Source: Setoptus koraiensis
Taxonomy: Eukaryota; Animalia; Arthropoda
NCBI GenBank assembly: GCA_048013815.1
Contig: CM106586.1
Location: forward strand, 21,948,001-22,012,000
DNA: 64,000 nt
Reading direction: 5' to 3'
Below the pieces are notes generated by a model. It saw nothing but the letters and a program-made list of their open reading frames with translations. It made no database searches and was not told the DNA's origin. Below are positions 32,079-44,700 of the stretch, in pieces (position 1 is the first letter of the stretch; each line of letters begins with the position of its first letter). The translations under genes and the position numbers were made by a program.

Positions 32079-35000
32079 ATGAAATTATCACCATTTCTAA
32101 CAGTTTTATCAACACTTTATTTGACATTTCTCATAAGATGTCTGCAATGTTTTTGGCTGTCCGATTCATTAGTTTTCCTAACAAGTCCACTGCGCCCAAC
32201 TAAGACCAACAATGCCACTATCTTGGCCAGCAACAGCATCTCATCTACACCAGCACCTTCGCAAAACAACCAATCTCCCACAAATTCAGTTGCACAAGTG
32301 GCCGATTCCAAAGTGAAAGAAAACCCTTTTGTAGCTGCAACATCGTCAATCACATCAAAAGAGGCCACTCGCATAAACGTAAGTGTTTAGAAATTTTGCA
32401 CAAACTCGTTTCCGCTTGTATCGAGCAAACAATTTGAATGCAAAGCATTCAGCGACAGTTGGCCCAACACCAGACCAGCCATGCTATCTATCGGCTATAC
32501 TGGCATAGGCTAGCATGGATACTGACAATGCGAGGCTCTTCACATACAACATAGATATTACGAAGCGCCAGGTATCCACAATGTTTGCATGCCGATCTGC
32601 AAAATGGCCGGGTTAGGCCAATATGACAAAATGGCAAAATGTGACAAATGAGACAATGAATTCAAACGTGCTAGAATAGCCCGAAGGCTTCGGACATGTG
32701 CGACCTCAAGACGCACGATCGATTATCTCACAATTGTGCGCCTCAATTTTGACCTAAGATGAGATTAATTCGCGACGTTGGTATCGCAAATGTAATGATA
32801 TACAGCAAGAGATTGCCATGCTCACTTTTGGGCTGCCATCCTCTTGAGCGATGCGCTCATCGTAAATCTAACGGCTAATGCAACGGCACAATTGTCACAT
32901 TTCTTCAAATCTAACCAGAGAGGGATAGTCGCAGATAGTCGAGTCACGACCGCCGCGATGCGTCTGTAAACAACAAATAGCTTGCGAGCTCGCTAATCCG
33001 GCCGCTCGCCTGCTCTAATGTAACAATAATGATCAATTATTGTTTAAATCCCATTTGACACATTAAATGAAGAAGAAGCTCTCCTCTCGGTTGGTTTCGC
33101 CTCTGGTCGCTCTGTCGGGCCGCCTCAGCGCCTTGTCGTTCTGCTTGGATTGTGCGCATTTTCGTGCCTAACAATCACACAAGTATCGGCTACAAAATTG
33201 TGCCCAAATCGGAGCCCGCCACAACGAGAGCAACAACGATGAATTGTGTGTGTGTGTCGCAGCCATGTAAATGAACCGTAAATGGATCCCGTTTAATAAA
33301 TGGCCAGCGACACAAGGAGTGGCTGATAAATGGCCAATGAATGGCCCGGCTCTGATTATACACCAACGGCAAGTGGCTGGCCATGGCCAAGATAAGCTCA
33401 GCGTCTCATGGCAAGCCTATAGCGAGCACCAGATCGCACGATTCGTATCGTCTGGTGCTGCTGCCGCGCGGTATGGCAAATTATTCGCATCACTAGGCTC
33501 CAGAAATTAGCAGAGAGGCCGCTGCGACGTGGCCAGACAGACGTAGGCGAGAGGAAGTGGCCGCTCACGCACGAGCTGTGTCCAGTTTAAATCAGGAACG
33601 ATTACGGCCGCTTTGGCCGGCCTGTGTCATTGTTGTCCGTTGATACGTGCTCACAATCGGCAAGCAAGCGGATGGGGCAGAAAACGAGTGAGGAAATGAA
33701 CTATGGGGCCGCTTAATTAAGTGGGCGCTATTTAGTTTCGGGCTCGCCGTGGCTCGCGATGGCCGCCGTGGCTCGCGATGGCCGCCGTGGCTCGTGATGG
33801 CCGCCGAGAGTCGCCACACCGAATGTCTTGTTTAGAGGCCGTTACTGGGCGTCACATTGTGGGGGCGCTGCGAGCGGTTGTAATCAATCGTTACCCAATA
33901 CTACTAACACTTGTCACTTAATCCAATTCGCATCAACATCATCGAGCAAGCAGGCCGACACTGATGAGTCTGGCGCCAGCAGCAACAATAAGCTGACAGC
34001 CGGCGGTTGTAGCCAGTATTGTTGGCCAAACGAAACACAACTGACGTCATGGATTCAATCATGGATGCTGTCAGATTCTGCTGCAGCCAAACAATTGCGC
34101 GCTCAGCTGCGCGGACCCAAAGGAAAGCGCGGGCCCCAAGGTAAACAGGGCCCGCCGGGCGCCCAAGTGAGTAGCTAACCAAGGAAAACTGGTTCGTGTG
34201 GGTTCGCTACGGCTCAGTTATGGAATTGCAGTGTTGCCGGTGCATGAATATGGGGCGCGCTGTTTGTTTTGCGCGAGTTCCGGCGTTGTGTTTGCAAGCC
34301 GCCGGCACACTGCATGCGCACCCAATAGTGGGCCGGGGCACCGAGAACTAGTTTTGAGTTGAACTCGCCATTAGAACTTGCCACAGGAACTTCTTGCCAT
34401 GCTGGCAGCATAATGCTGGCAGCATAATGCTGGCATAATTGCAACATCGCATCATCGTGTCGCTCTCTGCTATCACTCTGCTGCTGCTGCTCCTCCTCTC
34501 AACAGGGCGACAAGGGTGCCAAGGGTGACGCGGGCGAACGGGGCCCGTCGCCTGTGCACACAGTGAAACACGAGGCCCAATTGATTAGTTTGGATGCGCA
34601 AAGAAACTTGGAAAGCGGCTCGTTGGCCTACATCGAATCGCAACAGACGCTCATGGTGCGAACCCAATCCGGTTGGCGATACCTCGAGCTGGCCAGCAGC
34701 GTGCCCAAGCAGCGTACGGCCAACAATCATGTGGGGCCCGGCTCGTGGTCGCAGCCGAAACACAATCAAATGTTCAAAGTGTCCAAGGCTGACACTTCGA
34801 ACGGACAGTCAACCAACGGGCCGGACCAGGCCAAATGGAATGGCGCTGCCAGGCCAAAAGCGGAAACGGCGGATAAACAAGCCGGCGGCAACAAGAGAAC
34901 GTCGCTGACTCAAGCGGGATCGGGTCAGGCGGTGCACCGGTCGCAGCAAAAATCATTGTCGGCGCTTGATTCGCGCTGGATAAAGCAGACGACAGCGCCG

Positions 35001-35137
35001 GAGACGGCGAGAACGGCGGGCAATGGCAAGAGAAAGAATCAAGCCACGTCCACGAATGAATATCACAACAGTGATACCAGTGACGACGCTTTCGATCTTG
35101 ACGACCCCTACAAAGACGACGACGATGATGACGACGA

Positions 35138-35168
<31 letters not shown>

Positions 35169-38100
35169 ATGGATGCTAGTGACAGCAACGACGATTACTA
35201 TTATGACAACAACATCAACTATGAGGAGGCCGATGACGAAGATGAGGACGAAGACGACGATTACGACGACGACTTTCAGGAGCAACTGGACAGGGCCCAT
35301 CGCGTCATGTCCAACAACAACATGCCCGTGGCTAACAACAACAACAAGCAGCCAGGTAAGTGCCATGAGCAGCATAAATTGATTGATCCATCGATGGGCT
35401 TATTATTATCTGACAATTGTCTCACTATTGTTACCTCTTTGTTACGCTCATATCACTGCTCACAATGTCTAGCCATACCAACAACGACAACAACAACAGT
35501 GGCACCCGTTCTGGTCGGATCGCAGTCGTCGCCACTCAATTCGGCTTCGAAACTGACCTCGGGCGGTTCAGCAGCTGCAGCAACGTCAGTTTTGACACCG
35601 CAACAGCAACAGCAGCAGCCGGATCAGGTACGAAGCAGGCGACGTCTCGACAGAGAATGGGCAGCGCTCGCCGACGATCAGACGAGAGCGGGCAACAGCA
35701 ACGTGCCAACTTCGCCAGACAACAGCAACAACAACAACAACCAGCTAATGAGCAAACAGGCCACCACAGGCAAACAGGAACAACAGGCCAACAACTACAA
35801 GCACAACGGAGCCAACAGCAACAACGGCAAGGTACGTACGATTGACTGATCGAAGTATCAATCCGACAGTCGACAAACAATCGCGCGCCATTCATTGGCT
35901 CGTTCCAGCCAATGAACTAAACAATCGATATGAACCGATATGAATGTGTCGCAATTGGCAACTGTGTCGCAGTGATAAGCTCATAACCGATAACCGATTC
36001 TTGCACGTCGTCTCTCACCGCCCGTAACACAAACGCGTTGTCGCGAATATGCCAAAATAGATGCTTCGCTTGGCCGCCCTCAATCAGGCGTTCAGCGGCG
36101 ATTTGCACGGAATTAGAGGGGCCGACTACGAGTGCCAGCGCCAATCGGCCAAGGCCCACATCAAGGGCTCATTCAAGGCTCTTCTGGCCTCCAGGGTGCA
36201 GACAATCAACAACATTCTCAAGCACCAATCAAACAAACAGTTGGCCATAGTCAACCTGAAGGTGAGTAGCTGCCTCGTGAGCAGACTTGAGTGTCAAGTT
36301 GACAGTGATAAGTTGCTAGATTACGATTGCTAGTTTATCAATAAGAGCAGCGGCAGTGATTGCTGACTATTACGCATGTTGCCGCAGAATGAAGCCCCTC
36401 GTAAGGCTTCACAGTCTCTACCTGTCCGAGCGAGAAACTCTGCAAGCTTCACCTGTTCATTTTGCTGCGGCATGCAACAAAACCCTGAACAGGTAAATTG
36501 AGCGGTAGCGCATAAACAGCAGTCAGGCTAGCAGTGACGGTAGTTACGTCAACCACCGCACCTTGCGTGGCGTAGTGCGGCGTATAACTAAAATGAATGT
36601 GTGTGTTATGAAAGAGATTTAATAGTTTAATACTGTTACATAATGCAGCTATAACTGACACTGAATGGCAGATAGCAGGCAAAAATTTCTGTTTCGCAAC
36701 CAGTAGGATTCGAACCTACGCGGGCAGAACCCAATGGATATGCTTGTAATGGTGATTTCAATTCAAGTCCATCGCCTTAACCACTCGGCCATAGTTGCTA
36801 AGATGATTGTAAATGCTCCAAAGGACCTGTTTGCTTGTAATTGGCGGCCTGCAACTGTCTAACTGCTGCCAGTGACTTTTGGCTGCTCGCTCGCCGATAC
36901 AGTTTCCACTGGACCGGTCTGCCTCAGTGGCCGCTGCCTGCTTGACTGCTGTGGTCAGTTGGGCTTGTTGTGAGAGCCACATCAACTGCCACACATCGCC
37001 GCTAGCTGAACTGAGTTAATTACCGATCACTAATTAGTTGATCACTGATTAACAGTTGCCAGAGCCTCTGGTTAGTAGTGGCCAGAAGCTCTGGTTAGTG
37101 GTCGGTGCATGACGCGCACATCAGCGCTGCTTTGCGTCAAATTGGTGCAAAGGTGCATGCAAAAAAGGGGCGCTTTCGCTGCATCCGTTGGTGAGCCGTG
37201 TGCACCTCACTGTAAAATAAAACTTTACAACAGCATGATCACAAATAATCAAATCGCCGCTTGGCATCTCACCTGCTGCTCTTCAACTCAGAACGAATTG
37301 GTGGCCTCGTCGTGGAACGAGCTGGTATCGGCGCATCATTATCACGGTCGCCATTTTGTGTCATCCGGTCAGGAGTCGGGCTCGTCTTTTGTGATGACGC
37401 AACAGCCTTTCATGGCTCGAATATACTCTTTTGATGGACGCAACGTGGCAACGGACAAAAACTGGTACGTATCAACTATAACGATTCTCTCGATAATTGA
37501 GCTACAGTTGATTGGCTGAGCTCGCTTTCTATGTGTTCAATATCTCGTTTAAATTAATAATGTACGCATCTGGAAATAACCACCATGCCTCATCAATATG
37601 CACACACACACGACAATCAATTTCTGGCAGGCCAACAAAATTAATTTGGCACGGCGCCACTAAAACGGACACCAGAGAAACTGGCCACAATTGCGATGCT
37701 TGGCATTCGGGGGCACCCAATAAATTTGGATACGCCAGTTCACTCGTCTACCGACCTGTCACAGCGCTGGCATCGGCAGCAGCAGCAGTCAACAACAAAG
37801 GCCACCAACAACTATCGGCTACGATGACGCAAAAGCGCGCTTATTACCAATCGTTGAACAATGTTTACGAGACAACAAACAAACGAAACAAACGATTTAT
37901 TTCGAGCAACAATAGCAGCAAACAATTGACCAACAATTGGTCCATATTCGAACATCGCGACAAATATCCCTGTAACTATCCCATGATTGTTCTGTGTATA
38001 GAGACAGTAGGTCAGCATCAGTCATCCTCCAGTAACATCAGCAGTAGTGTTGGGCCTGATCATCGCCATCAACATCATCGTAATCATCACCAGCACGCCA

Positions 38101-38237
38101 GTCAACAACAACAGACAATGCCAATGACCCAAGCACCTATTAGCTCATCATCAGGTAGTGCTTCAGGTCAAACAAACCCTGGCGATGCCATTGACAACAA
38201 TATCGATGATGTAAATATTGACAATAGTTCACATTGA
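32079..38237 (+). CDS. Collagen XV/XVIII (multiplexin)-like protein; predicted exons 32079-32378, 33954-34166, 34506-35355, 35473-35831, 36061-36261, 37292-37464, 37631-38237 (~900 aa)
   Basis: Signal peptide MKLSPFLTVLSTLYLTFLIRC; Gly-X-Y run; trimerisation domain (GSLAYIESQQTLMVRTQSGWRYLEL); endostatin domain (LRLAALN, GIRGADYEC, IVNLK, RIYSFDG, WPTKLIWHG, IVLCIE). All six introns are GT-AG with matching phases (0,0,1,0,0,2); TACTAAC branch point at 33902-33908. Linking the first exon is the least certain step. Confidence 0.85.
33746..33806. repeat. 19-bp tandem repeat x3 (GCCGTGGCTCGCGATGGCC) in multiplexin intron 1
   Basis: Units start at 33746, 33765 and 33784. Confidence 0.88.
36681..36685 (-). 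terminator. Pol III oligo-T terminator of the tRNA-Ser gene
   Basis: T5 run on the minus strand 10 nt downstream of the discriminator base. Confidence 0.75.
36695..36798 (-). tRNA. tRNA-Ser, anticodon UGA, with a 22-nt intron (36740-36761) between positions 37 and 38
   Basis: Minus strand GCAACTATGGCCGAGTGGTTAAGGCGATGGACTTGAA[intron]ATCCATTGGGTTCTGCCCGCGTAGGTTCGAATCCTACTGGTTGCG: acceptor stem GCAACTA/TGGTTGC, A box, long variable arm, B box; the mature 82 nt closely match eukaryotic tRNA-Ser(UGA). Confidence 0.95.
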
Positions 38238-38669
38238 TCGTTCATGCTAACGCGTCATTTCCACGAGGCGCGTTCTTAGATCTCGGGGAGCTTACGAACG
38301 TAGATCTTTATTTTAATTTATTTTCTGCAATTTGTAGCTGCTATTCTCTATACCAACTATCTATCACTGTACCTGTATCATCCTTGGACAATGAACCAAA
38401 TAACAGTATTTGTATCAAGGCTCTCTTATAGTCAATAATAAATCCTCTTTTCTATCACCGATGGTTCCACGTGACGACAGAATTGACCAAATATTGCGTT
38501 AATGATTCACTCTGATATCTTGTTTTAGCCACAAATCAGACATTGCGTTACGAGCAATTCTTTTTCAGTCTCAGTCCTTCGAACGCAATTCAAGCCGAAA
38601 AAATCCATAAATCTCTGAATGTCTGCTTACGGGATACCGGAAACTCATCTCGCCCCACAAGTTATTCCA

Positions 38670-38706
38670 ACAGTGGTGCGACAGTGGTGCGACAGTGGTG
38701 ACAGTA
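38670..38706. repeat. 11-bp tandem repeat x~3 (ACAGTGGTGCG)
   Basis: Read directly. Confidence 0.75.
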
Positions 38707-41700
38707 AGATCTGTAATGAAGAAGGCGTTTGTTCTGTCTAGAGATATTAGTTGGTGGTCGCTCGGTGACGATGGTCTCGAGGGTGTCCAGCCTACGCAGT
38801 CTGAATGTAGTTTTGACGCTGCCAACAAAAACTTTTCGTACATCGAAAGTGGCTTCTAATTAGTCGATTCGTTGCGTCACTAACGTTACTCTCGCCCCTC
38901 AATGGACGCGAGATCACGTGGCGATTGAGATCAACAAGATGTGTGTTGCAAAATCTCTTTTGGCTGTCTCTTTGATGGCTCTCTCTCTCCCTCTCTCGAG
39001 ACTGAACAATGTGTTGAATAAATCCTCGTGATTATTAATCTTAATCATCATGTCGCATCTAACTTACGAAGAACCAGAAGAAAGTACAGAAGAAAATACC
39101 TCGTCAGTATTGCAGCACAATCTTCGTTCCTATGATGGGCATTCAATTATCTTAAACAGATTTCCACGTAATATCAAGAAACAATTGATATCACAGTGCT
39201 TCGCTGAATGAGCTCTGGCCACACATCTCCAGCTCGATGATTTTGAAGATCACATCCGCTTGTCTTCAGTGAGAGATGAATAACTCCACTACAAATCAAG
39301 TAGATCTACGTCCTAGACCGACGAGAAACTTACCTGTGTCGACATCATTTATCATTTGGTTAGGCTTTCCTGTACGAACTAAAAGAAAATTTTCACAAGA
39401 ATAGCCGCCTGTAATCAACCAATCTGAGTCATTCTTTTCTTCGTATATGTGTTTTAATATATATTTTTGTTTTTATAATTTAGTAAGCCGCTATATCTGA
39501 TAAATTTACATACACAAACAGTGTATCTATTCTCAACGTTAAAAACTACGGTAGTTTAGTATACAATCATCGAATTGGCTATAGAGTACAAATACAGAGA
39601 AAAATGATTCAATAAAATGAAGTGTTGCTGCGATGATATCAATAGAACTTAATTCACGGTGAGACCACAACCTATAAATACTGATATGGCATCGAAGGCA
39701 TCAAAGACAATTTATGTCGGAAATAAGACTTCATTTCCTGTCTTCGGGCAGCTCCTCTCCTATTCATATGTTGATTTTACCTTGAGAGTCTCACATGTTA
39801 TAGCCACTGACTCGAATATATTATTTTTGTCAGTGTAGACATTAAGCTGATATTGAGTATAAATATGCATCAATCAATTCTTGGTTTGTACAATATGTCA
39901 CCGATAAATAAAAATTCTATCATAACTTATAAGCTTCCTGTGGTCTACAATCCACACTCATCTAATTTTACGAACGTAGCGTAACATAACGGTCTTTGGC
40001 ATATGTCTAGACTATGGTTTCTATAAATGATATAATATCTACAGTTTTGATAATAGCGGTGAGCAGTTTATGTGATTGTGGAACAATTAACCCTCCCTAT
40101 TCATCCATTTAAATCCGCAACGCATAAAATAAAACTATAAATCCCATAATGTAGTAGTAGTTGTAGTAGAAGTATTAGGCTGCTCAATGGTGATAACTAA
40201 ATAGTGAGCAGACATTTGCCCTTTAGTAAAGACAATTATGGCTGTTGATAGAATACAATGATCTTGATTAACATGAATGATAATATATCTACTGGTAGTG
40301 ATAATAGTTTGGTGGTGCTTGGCCTTCTATCCGAATGCATGCAATTAATTGGTGCTGTCTCATTCTTGATGTCCATCTTCACTCGTCATCAATCAATTCT
40401 TATTATCCGATCCTCAAATTCAATGAGATTTCACTCATCTTCTCACTTAGCTGATAATCCAATCTCCATCGATCACGTGACTGACTCACTCTAAGCTTAA
40501 TTTTCACTTGTAGTAGATTGGCTGATCTATTGAAAGAATGTTCCTGGACACCGGAATTTCATAAGTTTGAGAGTTCAATATTCCTCACTCATTCAGTCTG
40601 TCCAATCTTCTGTAAAAAGTTGAATTCCTTTCAAAGAACTTGTTAATTTCACTGTAGTTTTCATGTGCATAATCTTGCATCTCTCCTTTACTTTTCCGTT
40701 CGTTCTTGTGTACGATAGTAAGCTCGCAAGTAATTTCATTAGATGAAATTAAGTTGAGTCTGGGCAATCACCTTTAAAACAAAGCATCTACAATTAAATA
40801 ACACATAACAAAAACAACATCAACGAGACACACTCCAGCACATGTACTGTAGTATATGCCTATAAATAAAAACTTAAACCTGACCGGGTCAATGTAACAT
40901 AGGATCTCCAAAGTTTTCATTTATTCCGATAATCACAGCGGTCAGCACTGTTATGATGTCGATCAAGTGCCCATTGGTGTCCGACGAACCTGCTTTGACC
41001 AGCAAAAAAAGAGAATAAAAGCATTATTAGTTATGGCCAAGTGATTTGATGTGACAATTGAGGAATACTTTCGTCGGCAGCTCGGCTGCATCACTATACT
41101 ATGGTTATAGGGTGCATAAAAAATAGGTTCAAAGATTACATTGTTACAATAATCTTGAATGAGTTGACCACAAAGTGGCACACCTAATCCTAGCAATTCG
41201 TTATTAAAAGGACTTTCATTAATCCGTTCTCCCGATGTGCGTTCTAAAGAATTACCTCAACTTAAATTGATGAATAAATGAATAAGTAGTAACGGAATAT
41301 AATCTGGCAGCATGTTTGCGCTAATCTATCTACATGAATAGTAATGACAATTAATACTCATTTCTCTAAAGGTCGTAATGATGAACACAGCAGGGTGATA
41401 ATGATGTCATGACAACGTGAAAGGAAAGGAACACATAAGTTAATGATATAATCAAGCAAAGAAGTTTCTAGTGGTGTTAGGTGCTAACTGAATCATATAT
41501 TGCTGACATAATTAATTCATGAGTGCCTATGTTGCTTACTAATTGGTAATTGTGCAAACTAATAACTAAAGAATTGTTGCCATGAGAAGTTCAGTTGAAT
41601 ATCATTACTATCCAATATTGGTGCACAAAAGTCTCTGAGCAAGTTATTGAGGGCGCTAGTCACACGCGAACGTAGATCTAGCTGATATTCACCAAATATT

Positions 41701-41753
41701 AGGTGTGTCACGAGAACCATGAGAGGTGGCCAATCCACAGAGGCCTGGAGGCG

Positions 41754-44700
41754 TTAATGATGAGAATGAATTTTAAACTCACCTTTTTTATCCTTGGAGT
41801 GAGTTTCTCTGAGTTGAGATGGTGACTCTTCGCTGTCACTGTCACTACTAGAATCTGTTAAACGCAATTTTCTTCTTATTTCATCCATAGTTAAAGGTGG
41901 ACCATTCTGAGTTTTTAATGATAATGTTGATGAAATAATGCCGCCACAGATATTGTTGTCCTTATTAAGTTTCGATTCCAATGCTTTAGTTACATTATCT
42001 TTTGTTGTCTGCTGTTTTGTCTGTGGATTTGTGACACAGTTTGTTGATAATCTACTACCGCCTGCTCTCATAGTGGCCGTTGAATCCGCGGCCTTGCTGC
42101 CCAACAATGCGCCCAATCCGCTCATGGTACCGTTAGTGGCCGTTGTGGTGTTATTGTCATTTGCGGGCACACCTTTCGACAACAAAAAATTGAAGCCATT
42201 TGTTGCGGGCCGTGTTTGCATACACGGTATCTTCTTGGGTTCAAGAGAAGAAGCACCCCTGCTGATGCCAGTGTTCACATCATTTTTACCGACATCAATC
42301 ATCATTTCTGACTGATTATTATCATTTGTTGTTGATGATGTCAGAAGTGATGATGATGATGCCGAATAAGAAGGAGTTGAGGCTGCCGTTGTGGCGGACG
42401 AACTCTCATGGCGTTGTTGACCATCATCAATCATTCCGTTAGCTCGACAATCATTCGAAGGAGACAGAGATATTTGACTCAGTAGTTGACTCCTTAAGCC
42501 TGATAATGTTGCCATTGTGGCAGCCGCGTTTTGGCGCCGCTTCTCATAAGAGTCTTCCTGGGACACAGCCGCACTCCCGCCTGTAATTGAATTTGAATCA
42601 ACTGATTGCGTTAAATCATCTTCGCTGCCGCTGTTGTTGCCCACAGTGTGCAATATGGAACCCAAATCCAATGAAGCTAAACGTTCCCATTGTTTGAGAT
42701 ACTTTGAGCCCTCCATCATCTTGATGAGACGCAATTTATTAGATAATAAAGAACTGTTAGGCACCGGCCTATTTGTTGGCTTGTTGGAGGTTGTTGTTAT
42801 TGTTGACGCACTTTCATCATCTCTGGGAGTGGCGCAAACATTGCCGACAGTAGATGGTGACGAATTGTTATCTGTTGAGCCTGATACCTGTTGATGTTTG
42901 CCTCCATTTGCATCAACATGACACGATGTGACGGGTCCGCCGATACGGTCATTTGAACCTTCTATCATGTTAGTTAGTTTAGCTGATTGTTGTTGTTGAT
43001 GATGATTAAAATTTTGGTCATGAACAGTGTGCGGGCTAGAATTTAGGCCTGTTACATCTGTTTGTTGCTGTTGACATTGAAGGTGGCAACTCTGACCCAT
43101 AAAACTGACACCACCGTGCAAACAAATAGGAATAGGCTGAACAAATCGATGTAGACAATCGCAGGTGACTGTACCATGCTGAGTTGATTGTGGGCCGATT
43201 GGTTGGTCGGATTCTCTAAAGCGACAGCTACAATGATGATGGCGATGATGATTTACATCCGAGTGACCGGGTAAAGATTGAGAAGAAGCGGCGGAGAGGG
43301 CGGTAGCAGAGCAACATGGGTTATTGAGAAGCGGACGGTGCTGTTGATATCTCCTAAGTCGCCTACGCCCATTATTAATATGTCCTAATGAGTGCTGTTG
43401 ATTATTGTTATTATTGCCAACTGTTGTGCTAGCTGTTGTGGAATTTTCACTTTCGTAGCCCAATGATGCATCTTCGCTATCGGTATTAATGATTGAATGA
43501 TGGTTGATTTGGAGCTGATTACGAGCATTATTGTGATTAAGTATACACGTCTTTTCTCTATGGTGATGATGATCGGATTGTTTGTGGTTTTTTTCATCCG
43601 AAAGATCGTATGTGGACTGCCAATAGAAGCTTGCGTCATTTGTGGTAAGTAGTTTGTTATTGTTGATGGGATCATTTGGAATATCTACATCTCCATCATT
43701 AGCATCGTCCTCTTCTTCGTCTAGATCATGCTGGTCTCTATACAGAGGTGTGCCACAATTCTCACCAACAGCGATGTCAGTGATGGAAGAGATTGTGTCG
43801 GCGAGACCGATAGAACTGTGAGGAACCTCGTCGGCTTTGCCTGCTAATCTATATCTTTTAGATTCTTGCTGCAATTCAACAAATACGCTCAACAATTCAC
43901 TCAAATTCCTTTTGCAATCTTTCAGCTCATCCGATAATTCCTTCTGGCACTCCAACGAGGCTTTAATGGAATTTTGTAACGAATCATTATCTGCACCAAT
44001 CTCGTTTAACCGTCTTTCAGAATCCCTCAATTGCGTCATCAGATTTTGAATCCTCTCTTGCTGTTGTTGATTTTGTTCACTTTTGATAGCCAGCTCCTCT
44101 TGCAGTTCGCATAATCTCTTGTTGCTTTCAACTGGAAAAATATAAATATCATCAATAGATTATTGTTGTGTGTACATTAGTATCATTTGTACCACCATCA
44201 TGATTGTCATAATATTGCGAAATAGATTTAGAATGAATTAATGGATTAGTCATCGGTCTAGACAGCATATAGTGATGTTTGAAATGTGAAAGAAAATGAG
44301 TAAGAGAGCACGACGCCGCTAAGGGCAAATAGTGTAGGAGTGTGTATATTTCAAAACAAAATTTCGTGCAAATGTTGTCTGATTTGCATAATGATCATCC
44401 TGATCCTGATCTTGATCTTGGCCGACCAACCAAAAGAGCGCATTCGTTTTTATGAATACATAAAACAAAATGAACTAACCGACGATAATCAGAGTGAACC
44501 AGTAGCTCAACATTATCGTGATCGTGGCTTTTTCTTTTGTCTTAATGAACAAACTGAATGATGAAATTGAGCAATTCTTTCTTGACCATCTCCGCTAAAT
44601 GGCCAATCATTTGTCATGGCACGCCGACAAAAAGAACTCACTACTGACAGTAGGATTGGGCAATCTAGTTGGTGGTCCAACTATTAACACTAATTAGCGT

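Noticed and set aside
31988-32203. Hydrophobic ORF overlapping multiplexin exon 1
   Set aside because: GTG start only, no splice continuation; the ATG at 32079 in another frame gives a signal peptide and a phase-compatible donor.
36695-36798. tRNA read as selenocysteine or opal suppressor tRNA
   Set aside because: Anticodon is UGA (reads UCA Ser), not UCA; body is a standard Ser tRNA.
39050-39283. 53-codon ORF with in-frame TGA then 23 more codons (selenoprotein or readthrough idea)
   Set aside because: No redox motif, no SECIS seen, no recognisable family.
39686-39838. 50-aa ORF with KTIYVGN (RRM RNP2-like)
   Set aside because: Far too short for an RRM, and the ATG is only a few bases after a TATA-like box; likely chance or an unresolvable remnant.
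39943-39965. Partial miRNA look-alikes (miR-279-like here; bantam-like at 45439; miR-10-like at 61036)
   Set aside because: Only 9-12 nt matches, wrong seed or 3' half, and no precursor hairpin.
40236-40376. Minus-strand LLSLPVDILSFML (F-box-like) fragment
   Set aside because: Single short motif in a 46-aa ORF among stop-rich frames; cannot support even a pseudogene call.
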